A stretch of 64,000 bases of DNA from the NCBI GenBank assembly GCA_002633005.1, contig NMRA01000201.1, forward strand, positions 641,557-705,556, given 5' to 3'. Shown here piece after piece: positions 63,540 to 64,000 of the stretch. A model generated the notes under the pieces. It searched no databases, had not been told where the DNA came from, and was given only the letters and a program-made list of their open reading frames with translations. How positions within the stretch are numbered: the stretch's first letter is position 1; every line of letters starts with the position of its first letter. The position numbers were made by a program, and so were the translations under genes. This DNA comes from Phoronis australis (taxonomy: Eukaryota > Animalia > Phoronida).

Positions 63540-64000
63540 GTAAAAGACACAGCATTTTATGAACATTTATCGTATTAATTGTTGTTTTAAACCAGACAGC
63601 ATGTCACTTTGGACAGTCCCAGATAGTAATCGCCTTAATTTTGTCCTGGGGATAAGAAAAGGCATTGTTACACTAATTGTCTTCCCTTTAGATCGGGACG
63701 ATTCTGTGAATCCTGCTGGAAAATATCGCATTCTCGGATACATTTCAAGTTCAAGCTTCTGTTGTCGGAATTGCAACCAAGGCACAACTTCGCTGGCATT
63801 GGATGGTCAAATACTAACAGTTAAAGGATACTAAACCCCATTTTGATGATTTCAACCTATCCTCGTTCTGTCACCTGCTAAATGCATCAGTGGCATCAAA
63901 GGCAGGAATCAACTAAAAACTCAAAGTTACTCTCTGTGTCACGGATTGCAATTGGCTATTATGGCTCTTGATGGATGGATTTTGCTAACAGTTGCAGACT

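Noticed and set aside
63821-63831. Minus-strand GTATCCTTT matching a U12 donor
   Set aside because: No upstream exon evident; reads equally well as a TTAA-AGG transposon end.

Overview
AT-rich, intron-containing animal genomic DNA, probably a marine invertebrate (lophotrochozoan-like repeats; inference). It comes from a draft assembly with two N-gaps and several single-N joins where haplotypes are duplicated in tandem. Four spliced genes can be assembled by hand from GT-AG exons: (1) a 14-cysteine prokineticin/colipase-fold peptide gene (+, 4837-7586; 5' exon not found); (2) a convergent Kunitz-domain gene with two intact exons, one lacking a canonical cysteine, plus a possible decayed third domain (-, 9073-11263); (3) the NMD factor SMG8 (-, 20648-42799, 5' end uncertain), whose last intron looks U12-type; (4) KLHL17/actinfilin (+, from 55727, running off the window), head-to-head with SMG8. 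The rest is mostly non-autonomous DNA transposons (a Kolobok-like element with a decayed THAP domain, CCCGGG-ended and hAT-like MITEs with 8-bp TSDs), tRNA-derived elements and hairpins. The most intriguing unexplained segment is a decayed antisense reading frame at ~46.3-47.5 kb in the putative first intron of KLHL17. Its motifs follow the order of a segmented negative-strand RNA virus polymerase, making it a candidate endogenous viral element. All assignments are by eye; no searches were run.
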